From an uncultured Nitrososphaeraceae archaeon (lineage in GTDB: Archaea > Thermoproteota > Nitrososphaeria > Nitrososphaerales > Nitrososphaeraceae): 64,000 nucleotides of DNA. The translations under genes and the position numbers were made by a program. Location of the stretch: positions 320,001 to 384,000 of the forward strand of contig CAVXZB010000019.1 in NCBI GenBank assembly GCA_963765895.1. The letters are read 5' to 3'. Under the pieces are notes generated by a model, which was not told the DNA's origin, made no database searches, and saw only the letters and a program-made list of their open reading frames with translations. Positions within the stretch are counted from its first letter, which is position 1. The number at the start of each line of letters is the position of its first letter. This document shows positions 42,295 through 52,509 of this stretch, one piece after another.

Positions 42295-42662
42295 ATTTTA
42301 GGGATAGATATGCTCCAACTTAAGTACTCCCAACGTTGTTGATGTTTCGTCCTAGGAGTAAAACCAAAGATACACTCCTAGTTTATACGAAATTGGCTAT
42401 GTTAATCTTCAGTTCCGAGTGGCTAAAACAAAGGGTCTGATACAATAACAGCGGCCGATTTGTCATATGACTAAAAACCATGATCAAATTAAAGATAATT
42501 TTTAACCTACTTGATGCCCATGGATTAGTAGTAAATCTGTTTGAAGGATCAATATTTGTATGTATAAATAGGACTTTGATAGCCAACAGGTTAGGTGAAG
42601 CTACCGAGATCCTGTTGTCGCTTGCTTTACGTAATTTAAAGCGAGCACTCGTGTTGGACTCG

Positions 42663-43274
42663 TCACTTAGCTAGCACTTCAATATCATGTTTCGTGTCGA
42701 TATCTATCATTGTGTTATCAGATAACAGCACAAAGATGGACGCCTTAGCGTCGAGTGCTTCTTCGATATGTCTAGTATAACTATCGTCATCATAATGCGT
42801 CTTTATCACGTCAATTGGTTTCCGTAAAAGGAGGTTTGTCCCATCATGTCTTAACGAGGGACAGATTCCAATGCACTTATCGCAAGATTCGCCTAATCTA
42901 GAGATCTTGTCGATATGTGACGGCTGGAGAAGAGGCAGATCATGTGGGACTACGATGTTCGCATCTGCACCATTTTTGTTACTAAAATCATCACCTGTAG
43001 TTACTGCTTGATCGACCCCAGAATCAACATCTTCCTTCAGGAATTTAGCGCCCATTCTGGTACTAATTAACCTTGCCCGCTCATCTCCGGAGACTATAAT
43101 TACAGTATCAACCGATTTAGAATTATTTAAAGTCGAAACCGTATCAATTAGGAGTAATTCTGTTAATCTTATACGAGATTCTTCGGTTAAAAATAATTTT
43201 AGTCTAGATTTGCTCGTTTCAAACCGTTTGACAGGCACAACTGCAAAAATTTTATCATTCAATGCTGTAAACAA
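42663..43274 (-). CDS. cofC: 2-phospho-L-lactate/PEP guanylyltransferase
   Basis: VPVK...KSRL, DLPLL, DGTNLL, DIDT. Confidence 0.9.
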   Translation of the reverse strand: MFTALNDKIFAVVPVKRFETSKSRLKLFLTEESRIRLTELLLIDTVSTLNNSKSVDTVIIVSGDERARLISTRMGAKFLKEDVDSGVDQAVTTGDDFSNKNGADANIVVPHDLPLLQPSHIDKISRLGESCDKCIGICPSLRHDGTNLLLRKPIDVIKTHYDDDSYTRHIEEALDAKASIFVLLSDNTMIDIDTKHDIEVLAK

Positions 43275-43289
43275 TGCGTTAAAATATAA

Positions 43290-44186
43290 TTAGCAAGCGA
43301 ATTTTCCTCTGTTCTGCTTTTCATAATGATGTTTGTACAGATGGACGCAAATATTGAACTTAGATATCTTTTCGACTATTTGGTCATCACTTTCAGAAAT
43401 AATGAATTTACCCAATATGGTTCTGTAGTGCTTTGCAACTCCCAGTGGCGAGACCTCTACATTCATACATTTCATGTATTTCTCTGCTGGTCCGGAAATT
43501 ACTCTGTTACCAATAATAGGAGATATCGCTACTATTTTTTCCCTCATTGATCTAAGTTCAGCTCTAAATTCCTTTAATGACAACATCGGTCCAATACTGC
43601 TGATCGGATTAGCCGGAGCGATGACTATCGCTCGTGACTTTTGTAGAGCATCGATCGCGATGGGATTTACTTTGACATTACTACATCCACTATAGCGTAT
43701 AGATCGAATTGTTGGCCTTCCTTTTTCTCTTACCCAGAATTCCTGAATATGCAAATCACCACCATCAGTCATTAACCTTGTTTCCATATGATCATTTGAA
43801 ACAGGAATAATTCTTGGTAGAACATTAAATTTTCGCCTAAGAAAATCTGTTATCTGGGTAAGATTCTTACCTTCCTTTAGCAATTTAGTCCTGAGCACAT
43901 GGGTTGCCAAGTCCTTATCACCCAGCTTAAACCAAGTAGGTGCACCAAGGATTGCTAGCCTGCCTTTAGAAATGAATAAGAATCCTGCTTTATTCCCCAT
44001 CCATTAGCTCGAATCCAAGATATTACCAAGGCCGTAGAGAACAGTGTCCAAGTCTGGACAAACGTACATTCCGTGCAACCAAATATTGTCAGCCACATTT
44101 GATATCACTACCAGATCTTTGACTGACTTGGCCAGCCCTCGAATTAGTTTTATAGAGCCGGTTCCTCCCGCTATTACTGCGATCAA
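43290..44186 (-). CDS. cofD: 2-phospho-L-lactate transferase (interrupted by clustered insertions ~43960-44006)
   Basis: GGTGSIK, VCPDLDTVLY, GWG (+1 frame), WFKLGDKD, PANPISSIGP, SPIIG. Confidence 0.88.
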
Positions 44187-44448
44187 GTTTGGATTTCTAT
44201 TGTATATGCATAATGTATAACTTTCGAAGTCCTACAGTTGGAGCCCTTTGAAGTAAATGCGCTCTAAATGACATTTACTGAGCCTTTAAGATCCCTCTTC
44301 CACACAATTGATCAAAAAATTTTTCCCCGCTGATCGATTAGAAATAAACATACTGCCGCTCAGGATATAGACAACCGAAAGAATTATTAATGCTAGAAGG
44401 AGTAAGGTCGCAACAAAGATTATAAACAGGACACATGAGAGTTTTGAT

Positions 44449-45483
44449 GTGAAGGCTGTAACATTTTCTTCATATGCGTTTATCGTAGTTGTTTTGTTGG
44501 GGGGTGCTGTGTCTTATGTAAAGGGTGTGCAGATGACAACGTTATTAATCCCAGCTGAGAACTCTGCCAAAGGGGATTTAGTCGGAGTAAGATTTATTGA
44601 TCTTAAATACGATCCCGGTAGTACGATTTCTAAGCAACTCGCTGGTAAAACGGAAAACGTTCGGTTTACACTAAATTCTTCTGATCCTGCCATGGCAAGG
44701 ATTGTATCTATTATAAATAGTGATATTGCTTCACAGAAAAAAAGTCCAGTGAGATTTACTAATGCTTCTTTAGTATATACTGGCCAGATACGTGGTGACG
44801 CGGACAGCGCGACACTATCTTATAAGGTGAATATCAAACCCACCATCAGTAACTTTGTACCTGACAAAAGCAATCAGGGTACTGTTGTCGATTTGGATTG
44901 GCGTGGGTTTGTAATAGATGAACCCTTGGTAGCTAATGTGCCCAAATATGGAAATATGAGTATCAACTATCCCATCGGGCTTTTGCAAGCTACGCATCCA
45001 GATTTAGCCAAAAAATTCCTTGCTTCGGCCTCATCTTCGGCTATGAAGACCCCATTGTTGGATTTTCAAGATGTAGCAAAATCTATGGATTCATGGCATT
45101 TCTTGTTTGATCCAACTGGAAGTCAGGCCGGTGCTGCGGGCTTCAAAGAGGTCGGAGGTGCTCGTGCTGTTTCTATCTATTCATTAGGAGAGAGTAGTTT
45201 CAGAGAAGGAACTATGACAGAAAAAGTGTCCGATACCACAGCAAATATTAACGGCTCTCCTGTAGGGGTTCATTCTAGTACTCCTCCGCCTAGTGCCCAA
45301 ATTCAGATTACGGGATTTTCTAATATTCGTAAGTCTGGAAATAGCGAACTGGCATTTGTGTCAGATAAAGCACCGGAAGGGACGGTTACGGCAACAGGTG
45401 GATTTCCTATCCAGGTGCTGCTTGTATTAGGTGGGATGATGGGGGCCGTGGCCGTTTTTGTTCTCCTCAAGGCAAGGAAATAA
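44449..45483 (+). CDS. Secreted protein with C-terminal membrane anchor
   Basis: N-terminal hydrophobic signal; C-terminal TM helix ending in KARK. Confidence 0.75.
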   Translation: MKAVTFSSYAFIVVVLLGGAVSYVKGVQMTTLLIPAENSAKGDLVGVRFIDLKYDPGSTISKQLAGKTENVRFTLNSSDPAMARIVSIINSDIASQKKSPVRFTNASLVYTGQIRGDADSATLSYKVNIKPTISNFVPDKSNQGTVVDLDWRGFVIDEPLVANVPKYGNMSINYPIGLLQATHPDLAKKFLASASSSAMKTPLLDFQDVAKSMDSWHFLFDPTGSQAGAAGFKEVGGARAVSIYSLGESSFREGTMTEKVSDTTANINGSPVGVHSSTPPPSAQIQITGFSNIRKSGNSELAFVSDKAPEGTVTATGGFPIQVLLVLGGMMGAVAVFVLLKARK

Positions 45484-45538
45484 AAACATTGGTAGGAATT
45501 CAAGTTCGAACAACCAAAGATTACTACGACTAGTCAAC

Positions 45539-46069
45539 TTAATCCTTTCCTTGAAATCTTAGGTAGTATCCAATATCAAGTACGTTTATGACGGTGACAG
45601 AGCCCTCCTTGAATATATGCTGGCTTGGAACCTTCGCCAGACCAATTGCAAGGGTTTCTTGTTTACTGTTTATGATTACTAGATTTTGGCTGGCTTTGAT
45701 ATTGGGACTTGCATCGGTAATCGATTGTCCAAATACATCTCTCCCATATAGTACTAATTTTTCCCCCATTTCATTGACGGTTATAAACGGGTACTTGCGT
45801 CCTACTTGGTAAATAATTTCAGCTCCTTGCAGAGATGGAATAAGTCGTTTTCCAAGACGACCAATCATTAAGCCCACATGTGTTGGACATATTAATAGTG
45901 CTATTTCGCCTGCACTTTTCGATGTCAAATAGACCTCCCTTACTTTGGTCTTCGATTGTTCCTTAATTAGTATACATTTATCGTTCCCTTCGAAGTATTC
46001 GAAACATCCTAATCTATCGTAAGTCCTCCTAAGCACTGTTAGTTCTCTTCGAGTAGGATTCCTGTACAG
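45539..46069 (-). CDS. Nip7-like PUA-domain ribosome biogenesis protein (inferred CTG start)
   Basis: LVLYGRDVF, LAIG, DIGYYLR; GGTGA-N6-CTG. Confidence 0.75.
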   Translation of the reverse strand: MYRNPTRRELTVLRRTYDRLGCFEYFEGNDKCILIKEQSKTKVREVYLTSKSAGEIALLICPTHVGLMIGRLGKRLIPSLQGAEIIYQVGRKYPFITVNEMGEKLVLYGRDVFGQSITDASPNIKASQNLVIINSKQETLAIGLAKVPSQHIFKEGSVTVINVLDIGYYLRFQGKD

Positions 46070-46071
46070 GT

Positions 46072-47040
46072 TTATTCACCACTATTTACACGAATTTTCG
46101 CAATAAAGAAGCCAGAAGTATTATGGAGATGGGGATAGAATCGACGTGTATTAGTTAGACGTTCATCCAGTCTCAAGTCGCCGTACTTCGTTAAACCGGG
46201 CTCTCCGTATTTTTGTGGTTCAATTTTGATCTTATTGTTCATACTTAGCAGTTTGTTGATCACTAATTCGTTTTCTTCAGGGGCAAAGGTACAAGTAGAA
46301 TAAACTATTAGGCCGCCAGGTTTGATGATATTGATAGCGCACTGAAGCAACTCGATTTGTCTAAGCATACAACTCGCTATCTGTTGAGGCACCAACCTGG
46401 TCTTTATAGTGGGATCTTTTGCGATTATACCTTCGCAACTACATGGCGCGTCAAGAAGAATCCGATCGAACTTTAATCCCAGCTTACCTGCGTGCGCCCC
46501 GTTGAGTGCATAAATACATGAGTTTCTGACACCACATCGTGATAGATTAAATCTCAAAGCATTTATCCTCTTTATACTTGGTTCCAATGCTATGATGCAT
46601 CCCGAATTTTGCATTTTCTGTGAAATGTATGTTGTTTTGCCTCCAGGAGCAGAAGCCATATCTAAATTCAACTGGTTTGGTAACACGTCTAACTCATCGA
46701 CTGCGAGGCAAGAGGAAAGATCTTGAATATAATAATATCCTCGAAGGTATTCTGTCGTTGCGCCTATCGGATAGCGGGACCTTTTGACTAGTAGAACTTC
46801 ATCCAAAATCGTGTCTTCGTACGTTATATCTTTTTGTATTAGTTTCTGAATTAGCTCACTTTTGGTTATTTTCAGGGTGTTGATCCGAATGTATTTAGGT
46901 GGCTCTTTTTCCATAACTCCTAAACAGTCTTCCAATTTTGGGATAAACTGCAAAAACCTACATACCATCCATTCTTTATAGCCAAACTCCTGCGAGATCT
47001 CATTGGAAATTGTCGAAGGAGGGAAACTGTAAACACTCAA
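46072..47040 (-). CDS. RsmB/NOL1/NOP2/Sun RNA m5C methyltransferase
   Basis: DMASAPGGKT, DAPCS, YSTCT, EENE, GFFIA. Confidence 0.93.
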   Translation of the reverse strand: MSVYSFPPSTISNEISQEFGYKEWMVCRFLQFIPKLEDCLGVMEKEPPKYIRINTLKITKSELIQKLIQKDITYEDTILDEVLLVKRSRYPIGATTEYLRGYYYIQDLSSCLAVDELDVLPNQLNLDMASAPGGKTTYISQKMQNSGCIIALEPSIKRINALRFNLSRCGVRNSCIYALNGAHAGKLGLKFDRILLDAPCSCEGIIAKDPTIKTRLVPQQIASCMLRQIELLQCAINIIKPGGLIVYSTCTFAPEENELVINKLLSMNNKIKIEPQKYGEPGLTKYGDLRLDERLTNTRRFYPHLHNTSGFFIAKIRVNSGE

Positions 47041-47209
47041 TTAATTGAGGAGTGTTTAAATCTCGATTATTTAATAATTTATGAATGCTAAATAGGAGAA
47101 ATTCTGGGTGTGAATTAAATTCAACCGGTATTTTGAAGTTACATCCCAAGCTTCGTTCGATTCTGAGCCTACGTTGTCGGCATGCTCAAATTGTATAAAG
47201 CCGTGGTGT

Positions 47210-47485
47210 GCTAGCAGTAACCCTCCTTTTGTTTTAAACGAGATTTCGCTGAGCGGCCAACCTGAGGTATTGCAGGAATATTAGCCCTCTATTTGGCCTT
47301 GCTCCACTCGGGTCGGCAGTTTCATTCTAGTGTACAATCTTCAGATTATTCACCATCATCAGGACACGGTCGTACCTAGATTTCTTTTCTATTCCGTAGC
47401 CAGCTGTCTCCAGCTAATTATCGCTAAATCGAGTGCCTGCTATGAGGGAGGAGTTTCCTCTCTTTGAAGTGACTCGCTCACTAGC
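47210..47485 (-). ncRNA. rnpB: RNase P RNA
   Basis: Minus strand has GAGGAAACUCC near 5' end and ACAAAAGGAGGGUUAC near 3' end (P4 pseudoknot halves); GCUAG/CUAGC terminal helix; ~275 nt. Confidence 0.9.
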
Positions 47486-47528
47486 TCACCTAAATTCAAA
47501 AGGTTCAACAAGCTATATTTGAATATTC

Positions 47529-48029
47529 TTATCCAAAGTAATCTCGTTCAACTCTCATGACTTCCTCTTGATTGGTTGCACGAGAATATTCCTCTAATGG
47601 TTCAGCATTGAGTTCAAGAAAGGTGTGACCCCATTTGAATTTGTTCATAAGTTCAACAGATAAACTTTTGTTTCCGAGTATATAGGCGGCTCCAGCCAGC
47701 GCCTCTGCTGTAGATAATTTTCCGACTTTAGAATAGTTAGTTGGATTTCCGGCCAGCAAGAACGGCAATCGCCTGTTGTTTCTGGAGCGAAATGCAGTTT
47801 GTTTCTCGGCAATATGTTGAATTTTTTCCCAGGAACAATCGACCGCACAGATTGATTCTGAGGTAGATCTATCACCGGCTGACAGTAAAATGTCTGAAAA
47901 TGGATTAAGTACTATGCTTAGCCTATGGAACGTTCTAACTTGTATCGCAAGCCTGAATTTGACTAGTTTTAAGGCTGTGCATTTTGACGGTTCGTCTTGA
48001 TTAAGTAGCATTATCTCGAGCCTCACCAA
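47529..48029 (-). CDS. tsr3: SSU rRNA aminocarboxypropyltransferase Tsr3 (DUF367)
   Basis: QDEPSKCT, DCSW, RRLPFLLAGNPTNY, LSTAEA, FKWGHTFLELN. Confidence 0.93.
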   Translation of the reverse strand: MVRLEIMLLNQDEPSKCTALKLVKFRLAIQVRTFHRLSIVLNPFSDILLSAGDRSTSESICAVDCSWEKIQHIAEKQTAFRSRNNRRLPFLLAGNPTNYSKVGKLSTAEALAGAAYILGNKSLSVELMNKFKWGHTFLELNAEPLEEYSRATNQEEVMRVERDYFG

Positions 48030-48163
48030 TCATTATTATTGTACCGACTCATTTAAGATTAGTAATATCGATACAATTCAGATCTTTATGAGTAATCCTA
48101 AAAAATAATGTGGTAATATTTATATACCGATCCGTCCAGCTCCCAGCAAACAAGCAGCAAGGC

Positions 48164-48619
48164 TTATGGGTTTAGTCCAAAACGATTCTTAACGATTTCA
48201 TCTATCGTTCCTTTGCTTATTGGAAGATCATTGCTACCAGATGTATTCATAGGAGCTATTTGGTTGGGCCCAGATGCAGGAATTGTATTTGACGGTGGTT
48301 CAGAAGCTGGTTGTGACGTTGTTGTATTTGAAGATGGTTGTGAACTTGTTGTATTTGAAGATGGTTCAGAACTCGGAAAAGAATCATTGTAGCAACTAGC
48401 TAACTCCGTTTCGGTAAGTTCGCCGTCCTTTGCTGCCTTAGATTGGCAACTCGATAATTCTTTTAGAACCTTCTTGGATACATCAGTGGTTGAATGGGAG
48501 TCATCCACCGGCGCCTTGTCCTGTGCAAACGCAAATCGTGCTACTGAGGTACTTGTCGTCACTAATATTAAAAGACCTATGCCAATTGATATGTATGCAG
48601 TCTTTCTTGGTGTACTCAT
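48164..48619 (-). CDS. Secreted Ser/Thr/Pro-rich hypothetical protein
   Basis: Signal peptide ending AFA; two Cys; PSSNTT repeats. Confidence 0.65.
   Translation of the reverse strand: MSTPRKTAYISIGIGLLILVTTSTSVARFAFAQDKAPVDDSHSTTDVSKKVLKELSSCQSKAAKDGELTETELASCYNDSFPSSEPSSNTTSSQPSSNTTTSQPASEPPSNTIPASGPNQIAPMNTSGSNDLPISKGTIDEIVKNRFGLNP
48283..48373. repeat. 27-bp coding tandem repeat
   Basis: ggttgtga(cg/ac)ttgttgtatttgaagat at 48309-48335 and 48336-48362 plus degenerate flanks. Confidence 0.7.
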
Positions 48620-48855
48620 ACCTCCGCTTTAATTATATAGATAATATGGAATCTGCTAAACAATATTAGAAACTTGCTCTGGCTAAATGTAAGTCCAGTA
48701 TCTTACCATGAATATTTTAGTTATAATTGCCCTCGATACACAGGGGAAATAAACCTGACGCAGAATTAAAAACTTAGCACAATTGGTGTGATAATCTAAC
48801 CTGAAGGGCCCCGGCCTAATATCGACATCTCAATGTCTATCGTATTCTCTTCTTA

Positions 48856-49518
48856 TTATGCAGATCTAAAACCTGCTAGTGCTATCAAAGGTGCTATTAT
48901 TTTAAAATATGAATCTATATCAGTCTCGATGACTTTCCCTTCGTCTACGTTAATGACATATATCATATGTAGTCTCGCGTTTAATATCTCCTGAATCTCA
49001 AGTTGTGGGGATTTGTAATATTGGTCACACAATGACTTTAGCTGTCTTACTGCGTTAGAATTTCTATATGTTGGGGGCGCGGAAAAAGGGACTGGAATTG
49101 GTAGTAGGTTTACGCCGGGTGTTGCCATAATAAATTCAGTTGCATGTTTACTGTACCGAGAAATTTTGCTGACGATTCTAGAAACGTAGTAGGAGAAAGG
49201 ATCTAACGCGTGCTCGGGAGGCATGAAGCCCGTTTCGATTTCTATTATTACCTGTCCGTCACCTTTTGTAGCAAAGACATCGCAAACAAGCGTGTCAGTC
49301 AATTGCTTCTCAACGTCTACGCGATATCCATATCTTATTAGATGCATTGCGCAGATCAATTCCATGACAGAATGATTAATCTTGACAATATTTTTCTTAT
49401 AGAGTGCAATCAGTCTTTCCCTTACGAAATTTAACCTTTGAATATGGTCTGGTGAACATCCAGAAATCAATCTCTCTGATAAGTTAGTTACGTCTGCGGT
49501 GAACCGCTCAACATCCAA
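48856..49518 (-). CDS. Hypothetical protein, possible PD-(D/E)XK-like fold
   Basis: YRVDVEK...CDVFA...IIEIETG pattern. Confidence 0.6.
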   Translation of the reverse strand: MDVERFTADVTNLSERLISGCSPDHIQRLNFVRERLIALYKKNIVKINHSVMELICAMHLIRYGYRVDVEKQLTDTLVCDVFATKGDGQVIIEIETGFMPPEHALDPFSYYVSRIVSKISRYSKHATEFIMATPGVNLLPIPVPFSAPPTYRNSNAVRQLKSLCDQYYKSPQLEIQEILNARLHMIYVINVDEGKVIETDIDSYFKIIAPLIALAGFRSA

Positions 49519-49604
49519 TGCGTGTTTTATTACTTAGCGTGATTTTAAGTGTACCTATTAAAAAAGAGTAAAATTATGGTGCGGGCAAAAATATCTGACT
49601 AACA

Positions 49605-50754
49605 TTGTCTAGCATTAGGAAAATAACAATCATTGGTTCCGGTACTATGGGTCATGGGATTGCTCAGGTGTCTGCAATGGCTGGGTACAATATATCGTTG
49701 AGGGACGTCGAACAAAGATTTCTGGATTCGGCTATTGCAAAGATAAAATGGTCTCTTGAAAAATTATTCCAGAAACAGAGAATTTCCGAGATGGAAATGC
49801 AAAACATACTTGGACGCATTCGATTAACAACCGATCTGAAGGAAGGGTTACAGAATTCAGATCTCGTTATCGAGGCAGTTCCTGAGGATTTGGTCTTGAA
49901 GAAAAAAGTTTATGAAGGGATCGATGAGTTTGCTGAATCCAAGACTCTTTACGCATCAAATACAAGTACGTTGCCAATCACAGAAATTGCATCACTTACC
50001 TCTAGGCCGGACAGGTTCATAGGACTCCACTTCTTTAATCCTCCACAATTGATGCAATTAGTAGAGGTAATACCAGGCAAGGAGACTAAAACAAACATTG
50101 TTGATAATGCTATGAGTTTCATACACTCGCTCGGAAAGCGAGCCTATTCTATGTCGTAAGGATGTCCCGGGCTTCATAATCAATCGAATCTTTATACCAC
50201 TAGTTCACGAAGCGGCCTACTGCTTGGAGAGAGACCATACTAGTTTGGTTGCAATTGATTCCGCAGTCAAGGAAAAGATGAAATTTCCTATGGGAATTTT
50301 TGAGCTTGCCGACTATACGGGTTTGGATGTAATTTATAAGGCAACAATGGAGATGTACTCGAGGGACAAGCGCGTTGTAAATCCCCATCCTATGGTACAG
50401 AAATTATTTGAAGAAGGAAAGTATGGCCAAAAGTCAGGTTCCGGATTCTACGAGTACAAAAATGAACATTATGAGCGAATCAACGTACCCACCAGTGACA
50501 TCCATCAATATAATCCTATTAAATTGGTAGCCTTTGCAGCTAATAATGCAGGTTGGTTGATATCCAATGGTGCTTGTGACGAACCCGATCTTGAGAAAGC
50601 ATTAAAGCTTGGAATGGGGCTTAAATCAGAACTCTTTGAAACAGTTAAAAGCTATGGAATTGAATCAATAATAAACACCTTGCGAGGGTTGGCCCAAGAG
50701 TATGGTTCTGTGTACGAACCGGATCAGTATTTAATAAATAGCCTCCGGAACTAG
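49605..50754 (+). CDS. 3-hydroxyacyl-CoA (3-hydroxybutyryl-CoA) dehydrogenase, one extra base at ~50138
   Basis: GSGTMGHGIA, EAVPE, SNTS, HFFNP; +1 frame continues KDVPGFIINR, PMGIFELADYTGLD. Confidence 0.9.
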
Positions 50755-50991
50755 CGATTCAATATTGAACCCATGATGCGATGATGCAACGACTTAGTTG
50801 GATTCTTACTCTTATTCAAATACATTTTATAGTATCTGTCGATGTTACTTTGAACGGAGATCTTGGAAAATCGAGTGCTTATAAAAAAAAGTCATGATCA
50901 TAACCAGTAGAGATTACGTGGTAATAAGGAATCATTAGGCTATTTAGATCACCATCTGATCGAATAAAATAATATATGGGCTGATTAAGCC

Positions 50992-52260
50992 TTGAATCAC
51001 ACAATGGTTCACTATAGAATTAAGGATGACTCTCTTGCCCACAGAGGAAAGAAAAAGATCGACTGGGCAGAAGAACATATGCCTGTTTTAGTATCACTTA
51101 GAGATAAATATCGTGATAAAAAACCTCTTGAAGGTGTACGCGTTAGTGGTTGCTTGCATGTAACGAAGGAGACCGGAGTATTAATTAGAACCTTGAAATC
51201 TACAGGGGCAGAATTATCTTGGTGTGGTTGTAATCCACTGAGCACGCAGGATGATGTTGCCGCTTCGATCGCCGTTGACGAAGGAATATCAGTTTACGCA
51301 AGTAAAGGCGTCTCTACGAGTGAGTATTATAAAGACATAAGTAGTGCAATGGAAATCAAGCCTAATGTCACGATAGATGACGGGGCTGACTTAACTGTCG
51401 AGATCCATAAATCGATAGGCGATTTCAAATCCGCATTGTACGGTGGAACTGAAGAGACCACAACAGGTGTAATAAGATTGAGGGCCCTTGAAAAATTAGG
51501 CAAGTTAATGTATCCTATAATTGCAGTCAATGACGCAGAGACGAAACATGACTTTGACAATGTGTACGGAACAGGACAGTCGGCCCTAGACGGTATTATT
51601 CGCGCCACAAATATTCTATTTTCCGGAAAAAATGTTATTGTTGCAGGATATGGGCATGTGGGAAAGGGTATTTCGAAAAATGCTGCAGGGCTTGGCGCCA
51701 ACGTCACCGTTACAGAAGTGGACCCAATCTCGGCATTAAAAGCTAAATTAGATGGGTTTAGTGTTACGACAATGAAACACGCATCATCATTTGGAGATCT
51801 TTTCATTACAACTACTGGTTGCAAAGATGTAATAGGAAGCGAAGCAATTAACGAACTAAAGGATGGAGCGATTTTAGCAAATGCAGGTCATTTCAATGTA
51901 GAAATAGCCGTTTCAGAATTAGAGCGACAATCTGTAAACAAAGTTCAAATCAATGAGAACATAGTACAGTATGACCTGGATCACAAAAAAGTATATCTTA
52001 TAGGAGAAGGCCGCCTGGTAAACCTTGTGGCTGCCGACGGTCATCCTTCCGAGGTCATGGACATGAGTTTTGCCAATCAATTTTTGTCAGTGCTAAATCT
52101 AGCAGAATCAAAAGGCTCACTTAAGCCCATGGTGTATGATATCCCGAGAGAGCAGGACCAAATAATAGCATTGGCAAAGTTAAAATCCATGAATATAGAT
52201 ATTGATACTCTGACGCAAGAGCAAGAAACTTACCTTAACGGATTTAGTCAAGGAACTTAA
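50992..52260 (+). CDS. ahcY: Adenosylhomocysteinase paralog 2 (canonical)
   Basis: LHVTKET, CNPLSTQD, EETTTG, FDNVYGTGQS, GRLVNL, DGHPSEVMDMSF. Confidence 0.94.
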   Translation: MNHTMVHYRIKDDSLAHRGKKKIDWAEEHMPVLVSLRDKYRDKKPLEGVRVSGCLHVTKETGVLIRTLKSTGAELSWCGCNPLSTQDDVAASIAVDEGISVYASKGVSTSEYYKDISSAMEIKPNVTIDDGADLTVEIHKSIGDFKSALYGGTEETTTGVIRLRALEKLGKLMYPIIAVNDAETKHDFDNVYGTGQSALDGIIRATNILFSGKNVIVAGYGHVGKGISKNAAGLGANVTVTEVDPISALKAKLDGFSVTTMKHASSFGDLFITTTGCKDVIGSEAINELKDGAILANAGHFNVEIAVSELERQSVNKVQINENIVQYDLDHKKVYLIGEGRLVNLVAADGHPSEVMDMSFANQFLSVLNLAESKGSLKPMVYDIPREQDQIIALAKLKSMNIDIDTLTQEQETYLNGFSQGT

Positions 52261-52401
52261 AAGTTCTTTGGAAGATGACTTGTGTCATAAGGTAATTTTG
52301 TACAGTAAGACAATTAATATCAGATTCGTTATGCAGAAGCCGGATCAAATGATTAGATATTTATTTCCATGCAGGTTTGCATTATTTTTAGCCCTACTGT
52401 C

Positions 52402-52476
52402 GGATGGGTGGTCCAGCTTGGTTAAGATACCTGTCTCACACACAGGTGATCGAGAGTTCAAATCTCTCCCCATCCA
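52402..52476 (+). tRNA. tRNA-Val (CAC)
   Basis: GGATGGG/CCCATCC acceptor, CCTGT-CTCACAC-ACAGG anticodon arm, GTTCAAAT T-loop; no intron, no encoded CCA. Confidence 0.93.
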
Positions 52477-52509
52477 TTTTCCTGTCGCTCCTCGATCCTC
52501 TATCGATTT

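Noticed and set aside
42383-42674. Two short opposing ORFs between ppdK and cofC
   Set aside because: No motifs; they overlap each other; cannot support either.
43960-44010. In-frame TAA in cofD suggesting stop-codon readthrough
   Set aside because: The conserved GWGIKQDS segment is in the +1 frame; three clustered single-base insertions restore the frame, which fits sequencing error.
48283-48373. CRISPR-like repeat
   Set aside because: Adjacent 27-bp in-frame coding repeats without spacers; no cas genes.
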